Source: Eledone cirrhosa (Eukaryota). From it: DNA of 64,000 nucleotides. A program made the position numbers and the translations under genes. Positions 1 through 13,989 of this stretch are shown here, piece after piece (positions within the stretch are counted from its first letter, which is position 1; each line of letters starts with the position of its first letter). The DNA is taken from the NCBI GenBank assembly GCA_964016885.1, contig OZ024742.1, positions 14,384,001 to 14,448,000 on the forward strand, in the 5' to 3' direction. Under the pieces are notes generated by a model. That model was not told the origin of the DNA, did not search any database, and saw only the letters and a list, made by a program, of their open reading frames with translations.

Positions 1-97
1 ATATATATATATATACATATATAACTTTGATAGGTTTCGGCCAGTATTGGCCCAGGCCATGTCTAACTTAATAGCACCACCTGGCGAAGTCTTACAA

Positions 98-1465
98 TCA
101 GTGTTTGGGCACCATGGCCCACTGGAGCAGAGAGTTATTGTTTACGGAGGCATATCCGGGTGTAGGAGGCTTATTCGGGATTTCTTGAAGGAATTTATCC
201 AAAGACTTCTTGAACTTGATGGGATCTGTCTCTGCTTTGATGTGTTTTGGTGTAATGTTAAAGAGTGCAGGGCCAATTGAGGTGAAATAATTGTGCCGTA
301 TTGTTGTTATGTGATGCGAGTGGGATTTTTGTCGTGGGCGGATAGCATGGGGCCCAAACCTTGGGTGTACACTAAAGGTGATGCCAACATCATTTGGGCT
401 AAGCTGATGGAATATTTTCCACATCATACAGATAATGTAGCGCTCACGGCGACGTTGAAGAGAATAAAGTTTGAGCTTTTCTAAACGACCCCAATAGTCA
501 AAGCCTGTCATGCCAACTATCTTTTTTGTAATTGACCTTTGGGGTGCTTCAACTGTCATGATACTTTGTTTCGTGCGGGAAAACCACAGTGGACAACAGT
601 ATTTAAGGTGGGGTCGGGCAAAAGTGGAGAAGAGAAGGACAACAGTGTGGATATCTCTCGACTGGAAAGTTCTAAGAATCCAGGAACACATTCTGCGGGC
701 CATATCAACTTTGCTGCTTATATGAGTGGCCCAGCTTATATTGTTGTCCACAATTACTCCCAGGTCTCTGATGTTATTGGAAGCCACTAGAGTTTCACCC
801 AAAGGAAGAGAGTATGGTAGTTTCAGGGCATCCTTTTTTCCAAAGTGGATTAGTTCAAATTTATCCTCATTCAACAGCATATTATTCATCTCTGCCCATT
901 GGATAACAGCCAGTAGGTCTGACTGAAGGCAAGTCCGGTCACCCACCTCATTGATGACCCTTTGGAGCTTGGAATCATCTGCGAAGATTCTGATGTTGCT
1001 GTGTTTGATGATGTCAGTAATGTTATTAATGTAGATGATGAAAAGAAGTGGGCCCAACAGAGTGCCTTGTGGGACGCCACTGCTGACTTTGGCAGGGCTT
1101 GATTTTACTCCTTCGACTACAACATGCTGGGTTCTGCCTGTCAGGAAACATTTGATCCACTGTAGTAACCTTCCAGAGACACCAACATTGGATAGTTTTT
1201 TCAGTAGAATCTTATGATCAACCCTGTCGAAGGCCTTGCTGAAATCAAGGTAGATGACATCAGTGTTGGAGCCCTCTCCTAAGGCTCTCAAAACATCGTC
1301 AAAATGATGCAGGAGCTGCGTTAGGCAGTCCCTTCCATTACGGAATCCATGTTGGTTGGAGTTCAGCAGGCCGTTGCTTTCAAGAAAGTGGGTTATTCGT
1401 GATCTCACCACCCTCTCAAATACATTGATGATATGAGAGGGGAGTGAGATCGGACGGTAGTTCAC
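98..1465 (-). pseudogene. Reverse transcriptase domain of LINE ORF2 (frameshifted from upstream part)
   Basis: NYRPISL, QHGFR, YLDFSKAFDRVDH, SGVPQGTLLGPLLF, FADDSKL, RDLGV motifs. Confidence 0.95.
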
Positions 1466-1922
1466 TGCAAGGGACTTATTTCCCTTTTTGAAGACTGGGA
1501 CAACGGACTGGGACAGAAAGTTTTCAGGAATATAGCCAGTGTCCAGTGAGTTCCTCCAGAGATTAGCAAGAGGAGATGCAAGTTGGTGTCGTCACACTTT
1601 CAGGACACAAGCAGGGAACCTGTTGGGGCCTACTGCTGAATTGTGTTTAATTTCGATATTGCCACTAAGACATCAGGGGCGCCAAACGTTATGTCTGATA
1701 TAGTGTGTTGGGGTTAATATCACTGATACGGCCCAGATCGACCATATCAGGGTTGCTGAAAACAGAGCAGTTTTGTTTCTGCAGTAACTCGCCCATGGTT
1801 TTGGCATTGTCCTGGAGTGTGCCATTTTCATCAACTAGGGGGCCAACAGTGGAGACAGTGACCTTGTGTTTTTTAGCGAATGAGAAGAACACTTTGGGGT
1901 TGAGTTTGATTTTCTCAATGGC

Positions 1923-3114
1923 CTAGCTCTCTTCAGCTATTCTCTGGTTATTGATGATGGTCATCATGCATTGCTGGAGGTTATATTTTCTTGACTCAAG
2001 CAGGGTGATAGCCATCGAATGTGTCTGTTGCTGTTGGCAGTATTTTAGTGTGTTAATTTTTTTGTTTGTTCTTTTTATTTTTATGATAATTGTTTTTCTG
2101 TTTTGGGGGATACTGCACTTGGTTTTGTTCACAGGTTTTGGTGGGGTGTGTTTTGTACATATATTTGTGACAGTGTCTACAAAGATCTGCCAAGATGTTT
2201 TGATGTTGGTGGAAGTGTGTGCGTATGTAAAAGACCAGTCGACATGCGATAGTTCGTTCATAATTGCATCCCAGTTGGCATTGTAGAGATCCATGTTATC
2301 AAATGGGTTGGCTGGAGAGAAGACCCTGGGATTAGCTTTCGGCTGGTAGAATCTCAGGTTACAAAGAACCATGTCATGGTCTGAGAGAAGGGTTTTTTCC
2401 ACTGTAATATTATGTATAGTGTTAGTGTGGTTACTAAACACTAGAGCCAGAATGTTCTTCTGATGCCTCGTTGGTGCAAGGACAAGTTGGGACAAGAAAA
2501 ACTCATTCATGAAGTCAAGAAGTGACTCGACAGCCTCTTTGTCAGTGGTTGAGGTTGTGGTGCCTGGTTTCAAACTACATGTAGACCAATCGACACAGGG
2601 TAGATTAAAGTCTCCCATCAGTGTTGCTAGAATGGCACTGTTAAATAAAGCATTTAATACTGTTGAGGCATTCTTTGAAACAGATTATGGGTGTTTGCGG
2701 TGGCCTATAGAGCCCAACTAATGTCAGGTCATTGGCTTTATTGTGCACAGTGACTGATACACAGTATCCATTAGAGAATGTTGTGTTGCCATCTGCCGTA
2801 AAGGAATCATGCAGGAAAATGGCAGTTCCACCCTTCCTTCTGCCAACACGATCCGCACGGATGGTTGTGAAATTTCTCACTCTTACTTCGGCCTCCAAGT
2901 GGGAGTTGTCAAGGTGGGTCTCAGTAAGAATGAAGAAGGGGATGTGAAATGGATGGTTACCAACCCAATCCTCAATGAATTGGATCTTCCATTTCTGTGC
3001 ATTGATGGATGGGCTGATACCTTGTGTATTGAGTAAAAATGTGGAGGCTTGTGTGGTGGCTGGTTTTGACTGTTGCAGGGGCCTTGTTTTGTGATTGTGT
3101 GTTAGTGACGGCAA
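1923..3114 (-). pseudogene. Apurinic-like endonuclease (EEP) domain of LINE ORF2, disrupted
   Basis: LTETHL, RADR..RKGGTAIF, LYRPP, GDFNLP, SDH motifs across ORFs 2641-3114 and 1923-2618. Confidence 0.9.
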
Positions 3115-4303
3115 GGATGGTGTTGGGTGATGGCTAAAATGTTTTTCTCTATCTCTTTTGCCAGGTTCATGGTTAAAAAAGAAAGATTTTTTTTTTGTTC
3201 AGGGAGCAGTTTTTGATTGGATTTGTGGTTGCAACATTGGATAGGGTTGCAGTTCCCTCTTTTGTTGTTGTTGTTGTATTTGTTGTAATTGTGTCTTTGT
3301 GAAAAGACTGGAGCAGCATTATTTTTGTTGTTGTTGTATTTGTTGTTGTAATCGTGTCTTTGTGACAAGACTGGAGCAGCATTACTTTTGTTGTTGTAAT
3401 CATGTCTTTGTGAGGAGACTGGAGCAGCATTACCGCAGCAGGGGGTGGCTTTATTGTGGTTTGTGGGTTGGCATGAAGCCCCTTTTCTGTTTGTGCGTTG
3501 TGTCCCAGGAAGATGAGTGAAGGGACAGTCAGTCAGCAGACATAGCCTCTCACGTTGGGAATGTTGCCAGATTTTGGGACTGCGACCTATACGTGCAGGG
3601 AGCGTGCTTTGGTGATGGCTGGCAATGTTAGTGCGCCTAGTACCCGGTAAATGGGTAAATATACAGTCGCTATGTGTGCATAGCCTCTGACGTATTGAGT
3701 AGCGGCATATTTGGGGGTTTCTAGTATGTGTAGTGGGAGGTGCATACAGCTCCATAGAACTTTTTTTTTTATAGTTCTTTTGACTATGGCATGGTTGTGG
3801 TGGTGATGTGGGGGAAGAAAGCATTGGTGGTGATGATGATGATGACAACTGTGGTGGGAGAGAGAGCAGTGGTCCATTACTAGCAGTTGGTGTGGCAGAA
3901 GTTGTAGATGTGGCAAGAGATGGTGAAAGTGGTGATGGTGATGGCGATAATGATGGCTGAGTGAGTGGCTGAGTGATACTGTCATTCAGTAGTTCAGCGA
4001 TTATGCTTGAATTCAGTGTTGTTGTTGTGGCTGTTGTTGTGTTTGTCCATAAGAGTAAATATGTCGAAGTTTTTCAAAATGGTTTTGAATTAGTTTGAAA
4101 GAGACTTCGACGTGTTTTAGTTTGTTGTGTACCTGCTTAGCAGATCTCGTCGTAAATGTTTGGGCTGTTTTTTCAGCAATTTCATTCAGACATGACGCGT
4201 TAATGTTTGATGTTTGTGACAGAGAAAACCATGTGTTTATTAAGAGGTCAATTTCATTTTCAGACCAATTTCGTCCCTTGTGGGCTTGCTGGTCAGTAGT
4301 CAT
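3102..4303 (-). pseudogene. LINE ORF1 remnant: Myb/SANT-like N-terminus plus duplicated Cys/His finger-like motifs and Asn-rich repeats
   Basis: NWSENEIDLLINTW...RSAKQVHNKLK (4013-4303); CRYS..RLCTHSDCIFTHLPGT and RLCLLTDCPFTHLPGT (3102-3848); lies directly 5' of the APE domain. Confidence 0.6.
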
Positions 4304-4414
4304 ATTTTTTTTATTTTTTTATTATCCTTGTGTGCGTTTTAAGATATTTGTTATTTGATATGTGAGTGAGACTTCGGTTATTTGAAGAAATAACTGTATA
4401 TATATATAAATCGC

Positions 4415-4459
<45 letters not shown>

Positions 4460-4555
4460 TAAAATTAGTCCTTCATCAGTGATCTTCCAACTTTCATTGG
4501 TATTTCATCGCTTTAAAAATCATATACCTCTGGTTGGTGCGAGCCATAACTAAAT

Positions 4556-4910
4556 ATATGTATGTACGTATACATACTTATATTTAAGTATCAGCCGTAC
4601 TAAGAGTGAGAAATGAAATTTCGTTTCATTTTTTCCGTTTATCGTTTTCTGTACCCCGGCCGATTAACTCACTCGATATGCAAATTAGGCTGCTCAGCCG
4701 TTAATATGCACAAGGAAAGTATATACTTTCAAACGTTCAACCATCTGGCAGGAAGGTATACGTTGCTGACGATAGCTAATAAGCTTGAAACTAGTACATT
4801 GTTCCTGTGTCAGTGTTGAACAAAAGGGCAACGATGGTTGCTAAACACTACGGCGTAATTCTAAGTAACTTAATTTTTATAATTTTCTTATTTTACGTCT
4901 TTCATATAAT
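4556..4910 (+). mobile_element. Non-autonomous DNA-transposon-like repeat carrying ATGCAAAT octamer (same family as 51009-51559)
   Basis: Close similarity to 51276-51500 (direct) and 51009-51143 (inverted). Confidence 0.6.
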
Positions 4911-5456
4911 TGTTCTGCATCCCCTTGCATTGAACCACAAAGTTACTAAGACAAAACCTATATATTTGCTAGCATAGGTATGCATCTGTATATATATGTT
5001 GGTAGATATACTAATTCTTTATAATTATCTCCAAATTATTTTCTTGAGCAAAAATTTGCCAAAACTACTACTATGGTTCATAGTAATAGTCAGGCTACTG
5101 TCTTATTAGCACCCCACTCCTCACTGATTAACCTCGATGTCACGTGATTGATTCTTTTGAATTTGCCACCGACCAAGTAGGCAGTGATTTTTTCAATGTC
5201 CTGGAATTTAGTCCTCGCTTGCTTTTTTCCATCCACTGAATTATTTTTGTATAAGTTCCCTGTGTCCACGCATTGCCTGGGAACTTAGCTGAGAATAGAC
5301 TTCCAGATGACGAAAGGATTTTCTCCATGTTGTTCCGTTCGGAAACCATGTTTATTCCCTTTCAGAAACTAATTAGTTGGAGTGAAATTTTAGTAAGTAA
5401 GTTAATTTTTATAATTTTCTTATTTTACGTCTTTCATATATATATATATATATATG

Positions 5457-5598
5457 GAGGCACATGGCTTAGTGGTTAGAGCATTGGCCTTGCAATCAAA
5501 AGGTTGTGAGTTCAATTCTTAGACCGGGTGTCTTGCTCAATTCTTGAGCAAGACACTTTATTTCACATTGCTCCAGTTTACTCAGCTGTAGAAATGAG
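5457..5598 (+). mobile_element. tRNA-derived SINE
   Basis: A-box TGGCTTAGTGG, B-box GAGTTCAATTC, core 'cttgagcaagacactttatttcacattgctccagtttactcagctg'; related minus copies near 14900-15050 and 17800-17915. Confidence 0.75.
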
Positions 5599-5699
5599 AT
5601 GATAGGGACTGGGGTCCCTATCATTCCACTGCAAAGTGGTCGTGGAGGTGATACGGAAAAAAAAGCACCCAGCCCACGGAGTATAAATTATAAAAGAAA

Positions 5700-8392
5700 A
5701 AACACAGGTAAGCATAAAGAGAAGGATTTTATCCAGGTATTTACGACCGTTTCATTGGTAAGTGCAACCTTATATTGCTATAGTGCAAATAGCAGCCACT
5801 CAATTATAATTGTTGTTCACGTCCAAATTTTCAAAATAGTGAGTAAGTTACTCTTGGAATAGTTCTTAATATATAGAGAAAAATATTTTTTTGAATTGTA
5901 TTTACTAGTATAGAGAGATAGGAAGGGGGAGAAGAGTTAGGAAGTAGAGTGACAAACTGAGATGGAGGGAGGGGTAGAGGCGGAAGGATTCTTTTATCAG
6001 TTTTTATATGTAGACTTCATGTCGTGGAATGTAGTGAGTTACAGAGAATTAAATTGATCATAGTAGGAGGGAGGGATAGAGAGAGAGGGGGAGATATAAA
6101 GAGATAAATATATATATAAAAAATAAAGATAAAGATAATAATGACAAAAATAAAAGCAAAGAAGGGGGAGGGGGAGAAAGAAGAAAAGAAAACATAGCCA
6201 AAAAGGGGAGGGAAGGAAGGAAGAAAACGAAGAAATAGAAGAGGAATGAAGGAGAAGGGAGGGATATAGGTATTGGTTTTTGTGCATAATTAAAAGGGTT
6301 TAGATACAATAAGAGGGTATAAAGTCTAAGTATATGCAGTTTGTCAGTTGGTAGTAAGAGGTTAAGGGTTCGATTTGCACTTGTAGTGCGAAAACTTTTC
6401 TTTGAGTCTATGGTTACAATAAATTGATCTTTCGATTTTATTGTTGAGTAACTTATTCTTCGAACTCAAAATGTGGAACAGTTCACGGTCACATAATCGA
6501 CAGCTTCTCATAGCACTCTGATATGGGGGCGCGTTCGATAATGTTTTCCACTTCAGGGTGTATTGATGGTTACTTTCCTTCAGTTGCCAGGTCTTGTTTG
6601 CAAGGGTAGTTACATAACGATGCTGGGAATGTTTCATTGTGTTATGGTGTGTATACCAACGGGCTTTAAATGTATTCCCAGTCGCTCCGATGTAATACCA
6701 TTTCTGGTTGTCTGATTCCACTGTGCATTGGTAAACCAGGTTAGACTGCATACATTCATTATGTAATCGACAGGTTTCAGGTAGGTACGAGTTACAATTC
6801 TTGTCATGGGCAACTTTGGCATTATTGGTGGGCTGCGATGCCTGTACAAGTGTGTTACGTTTTGTTTGCCTATTAGTGGGTGGTTGTGTATTAGATATTC
6901 TGTTGTGTTCAATGGTGATTGTATAGTTATTGTTGTAAATTTGTGTTCTGGTGTTGTTATGTATCTTCTTAGCGTTAAGCATCTTAATGTGTGCCTCTAT
7001 ATTTGATGCTGTGAAGTAAGATAGTCTAATAGATTTTGTGTTAAGGATTTTGCTGTATCTATGTGAATCTGGAAAGTGCTTATTTATTATTCTAAAGAAG
7101 GTAGAGGGTAGGTTAGTACTAATAGAGGTGTTAAATATGGGGTTATACCAAATATATTTTCTACTGCGTGACTTGTTTGATTTTGATGTTGTATTTCTAT
7201 TTACCGTATACTTTGTAGTTCTATGCGTAAGTGCGTGTGTTTATGGAGTTTGTGTTATGCGTGTTCGTGTGGGCTTTGCGGAGGCTTTCATCTATATATT
7301 CTACTCTATCTAAGTGGCCTGCCTTGTCTAATGCGGTATTGTAGTATTCTGCATGTTCCTCGAAGATTTGTCGGTTAGACGAGAGGCGGGAGATCCTAAG
7401 GGATATGCTGCGTGGAATGGATATAATTATGGATAGTGGGTGGTTTGAGTTACAGTTGATGTATGCTAAGTTTTCATTAATCTTGTGAAAAGGTCTTATA
7501 AGTCCCGTATTTAGGTTAAGCGTCGCGTCTAGAAAGTTAACTGTTTTAGTGCTATACTCATACATTATGCTAAGGCCTAGTTTGCCGAGAGTCTTTCTAT
7601 GCTCTGGTTATTTAGGTTCTTAACTAGGAGAAGGGCGTCGTCTCTGTAGATTCCACCATGAAGGTCGCTAAACTCACTCTGTAAACTATGGGCTATGTAA
7701 ATACCTACTAAATCTGTGACTTGAGCCGAGTCGCTAGTCCCCATCGTGATGTCAAAGTTATTTAATATATCCTTACGTTCCCAATAGGCGTTTTCAAATT
7801 TAATTATTGTTTTCCTAACAGCTAATATGATTTTTATCTCGTCGTCTGTTATGTCAGAATTGGCTTTGGCGAATGCTAAGGCTTTATCCAAGGTGTTGGG
7901 GGATATAGAGGAGTAATAGTCGTTAATGTCAAATTGTATAAATTTAGATACTTTTTTGTTAGCTATATTGTTAAACCACTTAATTGTTTCAGTAGCGTTA
8001 CCCCATAGTTTAATCACTAGTTTATTCTTCATTTGTGCTATCACTCTGTCTAATATATGTTTACTAATTTTCCCGATGTCCGATTTGGACGGGCATATAA
8101 GTCTAATTGTGGGGTTATAATCAAAATTTACCTTGTGGTCCTTGAGATTAAATGTGGGGTACATGGCCTAAGTGGCTCCGTTCTGTTGTCTATTTCTAGG
8201 TGTTTGACTATATTGTGTGCCTCGTTGTTGATGTTTATCAGTGCCGCCTCATTAGTATTTTTGTATTTCCTATGTAATTCCTTCCGTATGAAGCTATTGT
8301 ATGTATTAACATCCATCGTATACACATTTGAGGTTTTGTCCGCTTTGACAATAATTCCATTGGTAGTTCGCAGCTTTTTTAGGAATGTATTT
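5700..8392 (-). mobile_element. 5'-truncated Penelope-like retroelement (RT + C-terminal GIY-YIG, Hydra-type architecture), decayed
   Basis: IVKADKTSNVY, RLICPSKSDIGKISK, FDINDYYSSI, MGTSDSAQVTDLVG, YRDDALL, FLDATLNL, then LVYQC...YIGAT..FKARW..H and CRLC..E, LLN...C.H; purine-rich pLTR-like tail. Confidence 0.88.
6362..6982 (-). pseudogene. GIY-YIG endonuclease domain of the Penelope-like element
   Basis: VY..YIG motif, catalytic Arg (FKAR), Glu (CDRE) and Asn (LLNN). Confidence 0.85.
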
Positions 8393-11300
8393 ACACCACA
8401 CCACACCACACCACACCACACCACACCACACCACACTACACTACACTACACCACACTACACAATACCACACTACACTACACCACACTACACCATATCATA
8501 CAGCACCATACTACACCACACCACACTACACAACACCACACTACACTACACAAACTACACCACACCATATCATACAACACCACACTACACTACACCACAC
8601 TACACCATATCATACAACACCACACCACACTACACAACACGACACCACACCATATCATACAGCACCACACCATATCATGCAGCACCACACTACACTACAG
8701 TACACACCACGACACTACACTACACAACACCACACTACACAACACCACACAAAACCACACCACACTACACTACACCACACTACACAACACCACACAAAAC
8801 CACACCACACTACACTACACCACACCACACCATGCAGCATGACACTACACTACAGTACACACCACGACACTACACTACACAACACCACACTACACAACAC
8901 CACACTACACTACACCACACCACACTACAATACACAACACCACACTACACTACACAACACCACACCACACTACACCACACCACACTACACTACACCACAC
9001 TACACTACACCACACCACACCATGCAGCACGACACTACACTACAGTACACACCACGACACTACACTACACAACACCACACTACACAACACCACACTACAC
9101 CACACTACACCACACCACACAAAACCACACCACACTACACTACACAACACCACACTACACAACACCACACTACACTACACCACACCACACTACAATACAC
9201 CACACTACACTACACAACACCACACCACACTACACCACACCACACTACACTACACCACACTACACTACACCACAACACAGCATATCATACAGCACTACAC
9301 TTCACAATCCCACACTTCACCACACTACACAACACCACACTACCCCACACCACACTATATCAAACAGCACCACACTATATCATACAGCACCACACTACAC
9401 CACACCACCCCACACCACACCATATCATACAACACCACACTACACCATATCATACAGCACCACACTACACCATATCATACAGCACCACACTACACCACAC
9501 CATATCATACAGCACCACACTTCACCACACCACACTTCACCATATCATACAGCACCACACTACACCATATCATACAGCACCACACTACACCATATCATAC
9601 AGCACCACACTACACTTCACCATATCATACAGCACCACACTACACCATATCATACAACACCACACTACACCATATCATACAGCACCACACTACACCATAT
9701 CATACAGCACCACACTACACTTCACCATATCATACTACAGCACACTTCACCACATCATACAGCACCACACTACACCATATCATACAGCACCACACTACAC
9801 CATATCATACAGCACCACACTACACCATATCATACAACACCACACTACACCATATCATACTACACCACACTACACCATATCATACAACACCACACTACAC
9901 CATATCATACAACACCACACTACACCATATCATACAGCACCACACTACACCATATCATACAGCACCACACTACACCATATCATACAACACCACACTACAC
10001 CATATCATACAACACCACACTACACCATATCATACAGCACCACACTACACCATATCATACAACACCACACCACACCATATCATACAACACCACACTACAC
10101 CATATCATACAGCACCACACTACACCATATCATACAACACCACACTACACCATATCATACAACACCACACTACACCATATCATACAGCACCACACTACAC
10201 CATATCATACAGCACCACACTACACCATATCATACAGCACCACACTACACCATATCATACAGCACCACACTACACCATATCATACAGCACCACACTACAC
10301 CATATCATACAGCACCACACTACACCATATCATACTACACCACACTACACCATATCATACAGCACCACACTTCACCACATCATACAGCACCACACTACAC
10401 CATATCATACAGCACCACACTACACCATATCATACAACACCACACTACACCATATCATACAGCACCACACCACACCATATCATACAGCACCACACTACAC
10501 CATATCATACAACACCACACTTCACCATATTATACAGCACCACACCACACCATATCATACAACACCACACTACACCATATCATACAGCACCACACCACAC
10601 CATATCATACAGCACCACACTTCACCACACCACACTACACCATATCATACAACACCACACTACACCATATCATACAACACCACACCACACCATATCATAC
10701 AGCACCACACTACACCATATCATACAGCACCACACTACACCATATCATACAGCACCACACTACACCATATCATACAACACCACACTACACCATATCATAC
10801 AACACCACACCACACCATATCATACAGCACCACACTACACCATATCATACAGCACCACACTACACCATATCATACAACACCACACTACACCATATCATAC
10901 AACACCACACCACACCATATCATACAGCACCACACTACACCATATCATACAACACCACACCACACCATATCATACAGCACCACACTACACCATATCATAC
11001 AACACCACACCACACCACATCATACAACACCACACTACACCATATCATACAGCACCACACTACACCATATCATACAACACCACACTACACCATATCATAC
11101 AACACCACACCACACCACATCATACAACACCACACTACACCATATCATACAGCACCACACTACACCATATCATACAGCACCACACTACACCATATCATAC
11201 AACACCACACTACACCATATCATACTACACCACACTACACCATATCATACAGCACCACACCACACCACATCATACAGCACCACACTACACCATATCATAC

Positions 11301-13615
11301 AGCACCACACTTCACCATATCATACAGCACCACACTACACCATATCATACAGCACCACACCACACCATATCATACAGCACCACACCACACCATATCATAC
11401 AGCACCACACTACACCATATCATACAACACCACACCACACCACATCATACAGCACCACACTTCACCATATCATACAGCACCACACTTCACCACACCACAC
11501 CATATCATACAGCACCACACTACACCATATCATACAACACCACACCACACCATATCATACAGCACCACACTACACCATATCATACAGCACCACACTACAC
11601 CATATCATACTACACCACACTACACCATATCATACAGCACCACACTACACCATATCATACAACACCACACTACACCATATCATACAGCACCACACTACAC
11701 CATATCATACTACACCACACTACACCATATCATACAGCACCACACTACACCATATCATACAACACCACACTACACCATATCATACAGCACCACACCACAC
11801 CACATCATACAACACCACACTACACCATATCATACAGCACCACACTACACCATATCATACAGCACCACACTACACCATATCATACAGCACCACACTACAC
11901 CATATCATACAGCACCACACCACACCATATCATACAGCACCACACTACACCATATCATACAACACCACACTACACCATATCATACAGCACCACACTACAC
12001 CATATCATACAGCACCACACTACACCATATCATACAGCACCACACTACACCATATCATACAGCACCACACCACACCATATCATACAGCACCACACTACAC
12101 CATATCATACAACACCACACTACACCATATCATACAGCACCACACTACACCATATCATACAGTACCACACTTCACCACACCACACCATACTACACCACAC
12201 CACACTACACCATATCATACAGCACCACACTACACCATATCATACAACACCACACTACACCATATCATACAGCACCACACTACACCATATCATACTACAC
12301 CACACTACACCATATCATACAGCACCACACTACACCATATCATACAACACCACACTACACCATATCATACAGCACCACACCACACCACATCATACAACAC
12401 CACACTACACCATATCATACAGCACCACACTACACCATATCATACAGCACCACACTACACCATATCATACAGCACCACACTACACCATATCATACAGCAC
12501 CACACTACACCATATCATACAGCACCACACCACACCATATCATACAGCACCACACTACACCATATCATACAACACCACACTACACCATATCATACAGCAC
12601 TACACTACACCACATCATACAACACCACACTACACCATATCATACAGCACCACACTACACCATATCATACAGCACCACACTACACCATATCATACAGCAC
12701 CACACTACACCATATCATACAGCACCACACCACACCATATCATACAGCACCACACTACACCATATCATACAACACCACACTACACCATATCATACAGCAC
12801 CACACTACACCATATCATACAGCACCACACTACACCATATCATACAGCACCACACTACACCATATCATACAGCACCACACCACACCATATCATACAGCAC
12901 CACACTACACCATATCATACAACACCACACTACACCATATCATACAGCACCACACTACACCATATCATACAGTACCACACTTCACCACACCACACCATAC
13001 TACACCACACCACACTACACCATATCATACAGCACCACACTACACCATATCATACAACACCACACTACACCATATCATACAGCACCACACTACACCATAT
13101 CATACTACACCACACTACACCATATCATACAGCACCACACTACACCATATCATACAACACCACACTACACCATATCATACAGCACCACACCACACCACAT
13201 CATACAACACCACACTACACCATATCATACAGCACCACACTACACCATATCATACAGCACCACACTACACCATATCATACAGCACCACACTACACCATAT
13301 CATACAGCACCACACTACACCATATCATACAGCACCACACCACACCATATCATACAGCACCACACTACACCATATCATACAACACCACACTACACCATAT
13401 CATACAGCACCACACTACACCATATCATACAGCACCACACTACACCATATCATACAGCACCACACCACACCATATCATACAGCACCACACTACACCATAT
13501 CATACAACACCACACTACACCATATCATACAGCACCACACTACACCATATCATACAGTACCACACTTCACCACACCACACCACACTACACCGCACCACAC
13601 TACCCCACATCACAT
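8393..13615. repeat. 5.2-kb pentamer-derived satellite; main 25-bp unit CATATCATACAGCACCACACTACAC
   Basis: Direct reading; simple CACAC/CACTA pentamers at both ends, 25-mer in the core. Confidence 0.97.
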
Positions 13616-13989
13616 AATCACAACAAATTGATTTTAAATTACCATCCATATAAGTCATATAGGTTGTATCTATTGATGAAAGGGAGAGAGAGAGAGATCT
13701 ATTGTGTGAAATCAATTGAGTTAATAATTGAACTTCATACGTACAAGTATATATATATTTCAATATAATGTATGTATATATACGAGTGTATATATATTTC
13801 GATTGCTAATGATCTTTCATGTCAGCTGTACTCAAGAAATATTTACGCAGTTAAAAAAACAATTACATCTATGGAGGCACACACACATACACACACACAC
13901 ATATATATATATACAGACATATATACACACACATGCACACATATATACATGATGGCTGCAAACTCTGCTAAGAGTATTGCAATTGCTTG

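Larger units (their letters stand above)
23..4396 (-). mobile_element. Near full-length, decayed CR1/L2-group non-LTR retrotransposon (ORF1 + APE/RT ORF2) inserted in a (TA)n tract
   Basis: Colinear minus-strand ORF pieces: ORF1 (4303-3102), endonuclease (3114-1923), RT (1465-98); (TA)n at both ends (1-22 and 4397-4455). Confidence 0.9.

Noticed and set aside
4470-4510. CTGATGA on the minus strand as a hammerhead
   Set aside because: No stem II partner or downstream GAAA; the sequence runs into (TA)n
5457-5530. tRNA gene
   Set aside because: A/B boxes are present but there is no complete cloverleaf, and a SINE core follows
8385-13631. His/Thr/Tyr-rich 1748 and 1646 aa ORFs
   Set aside because: Translation of a 25-bp satellite whose unit length is not a multiple of 3
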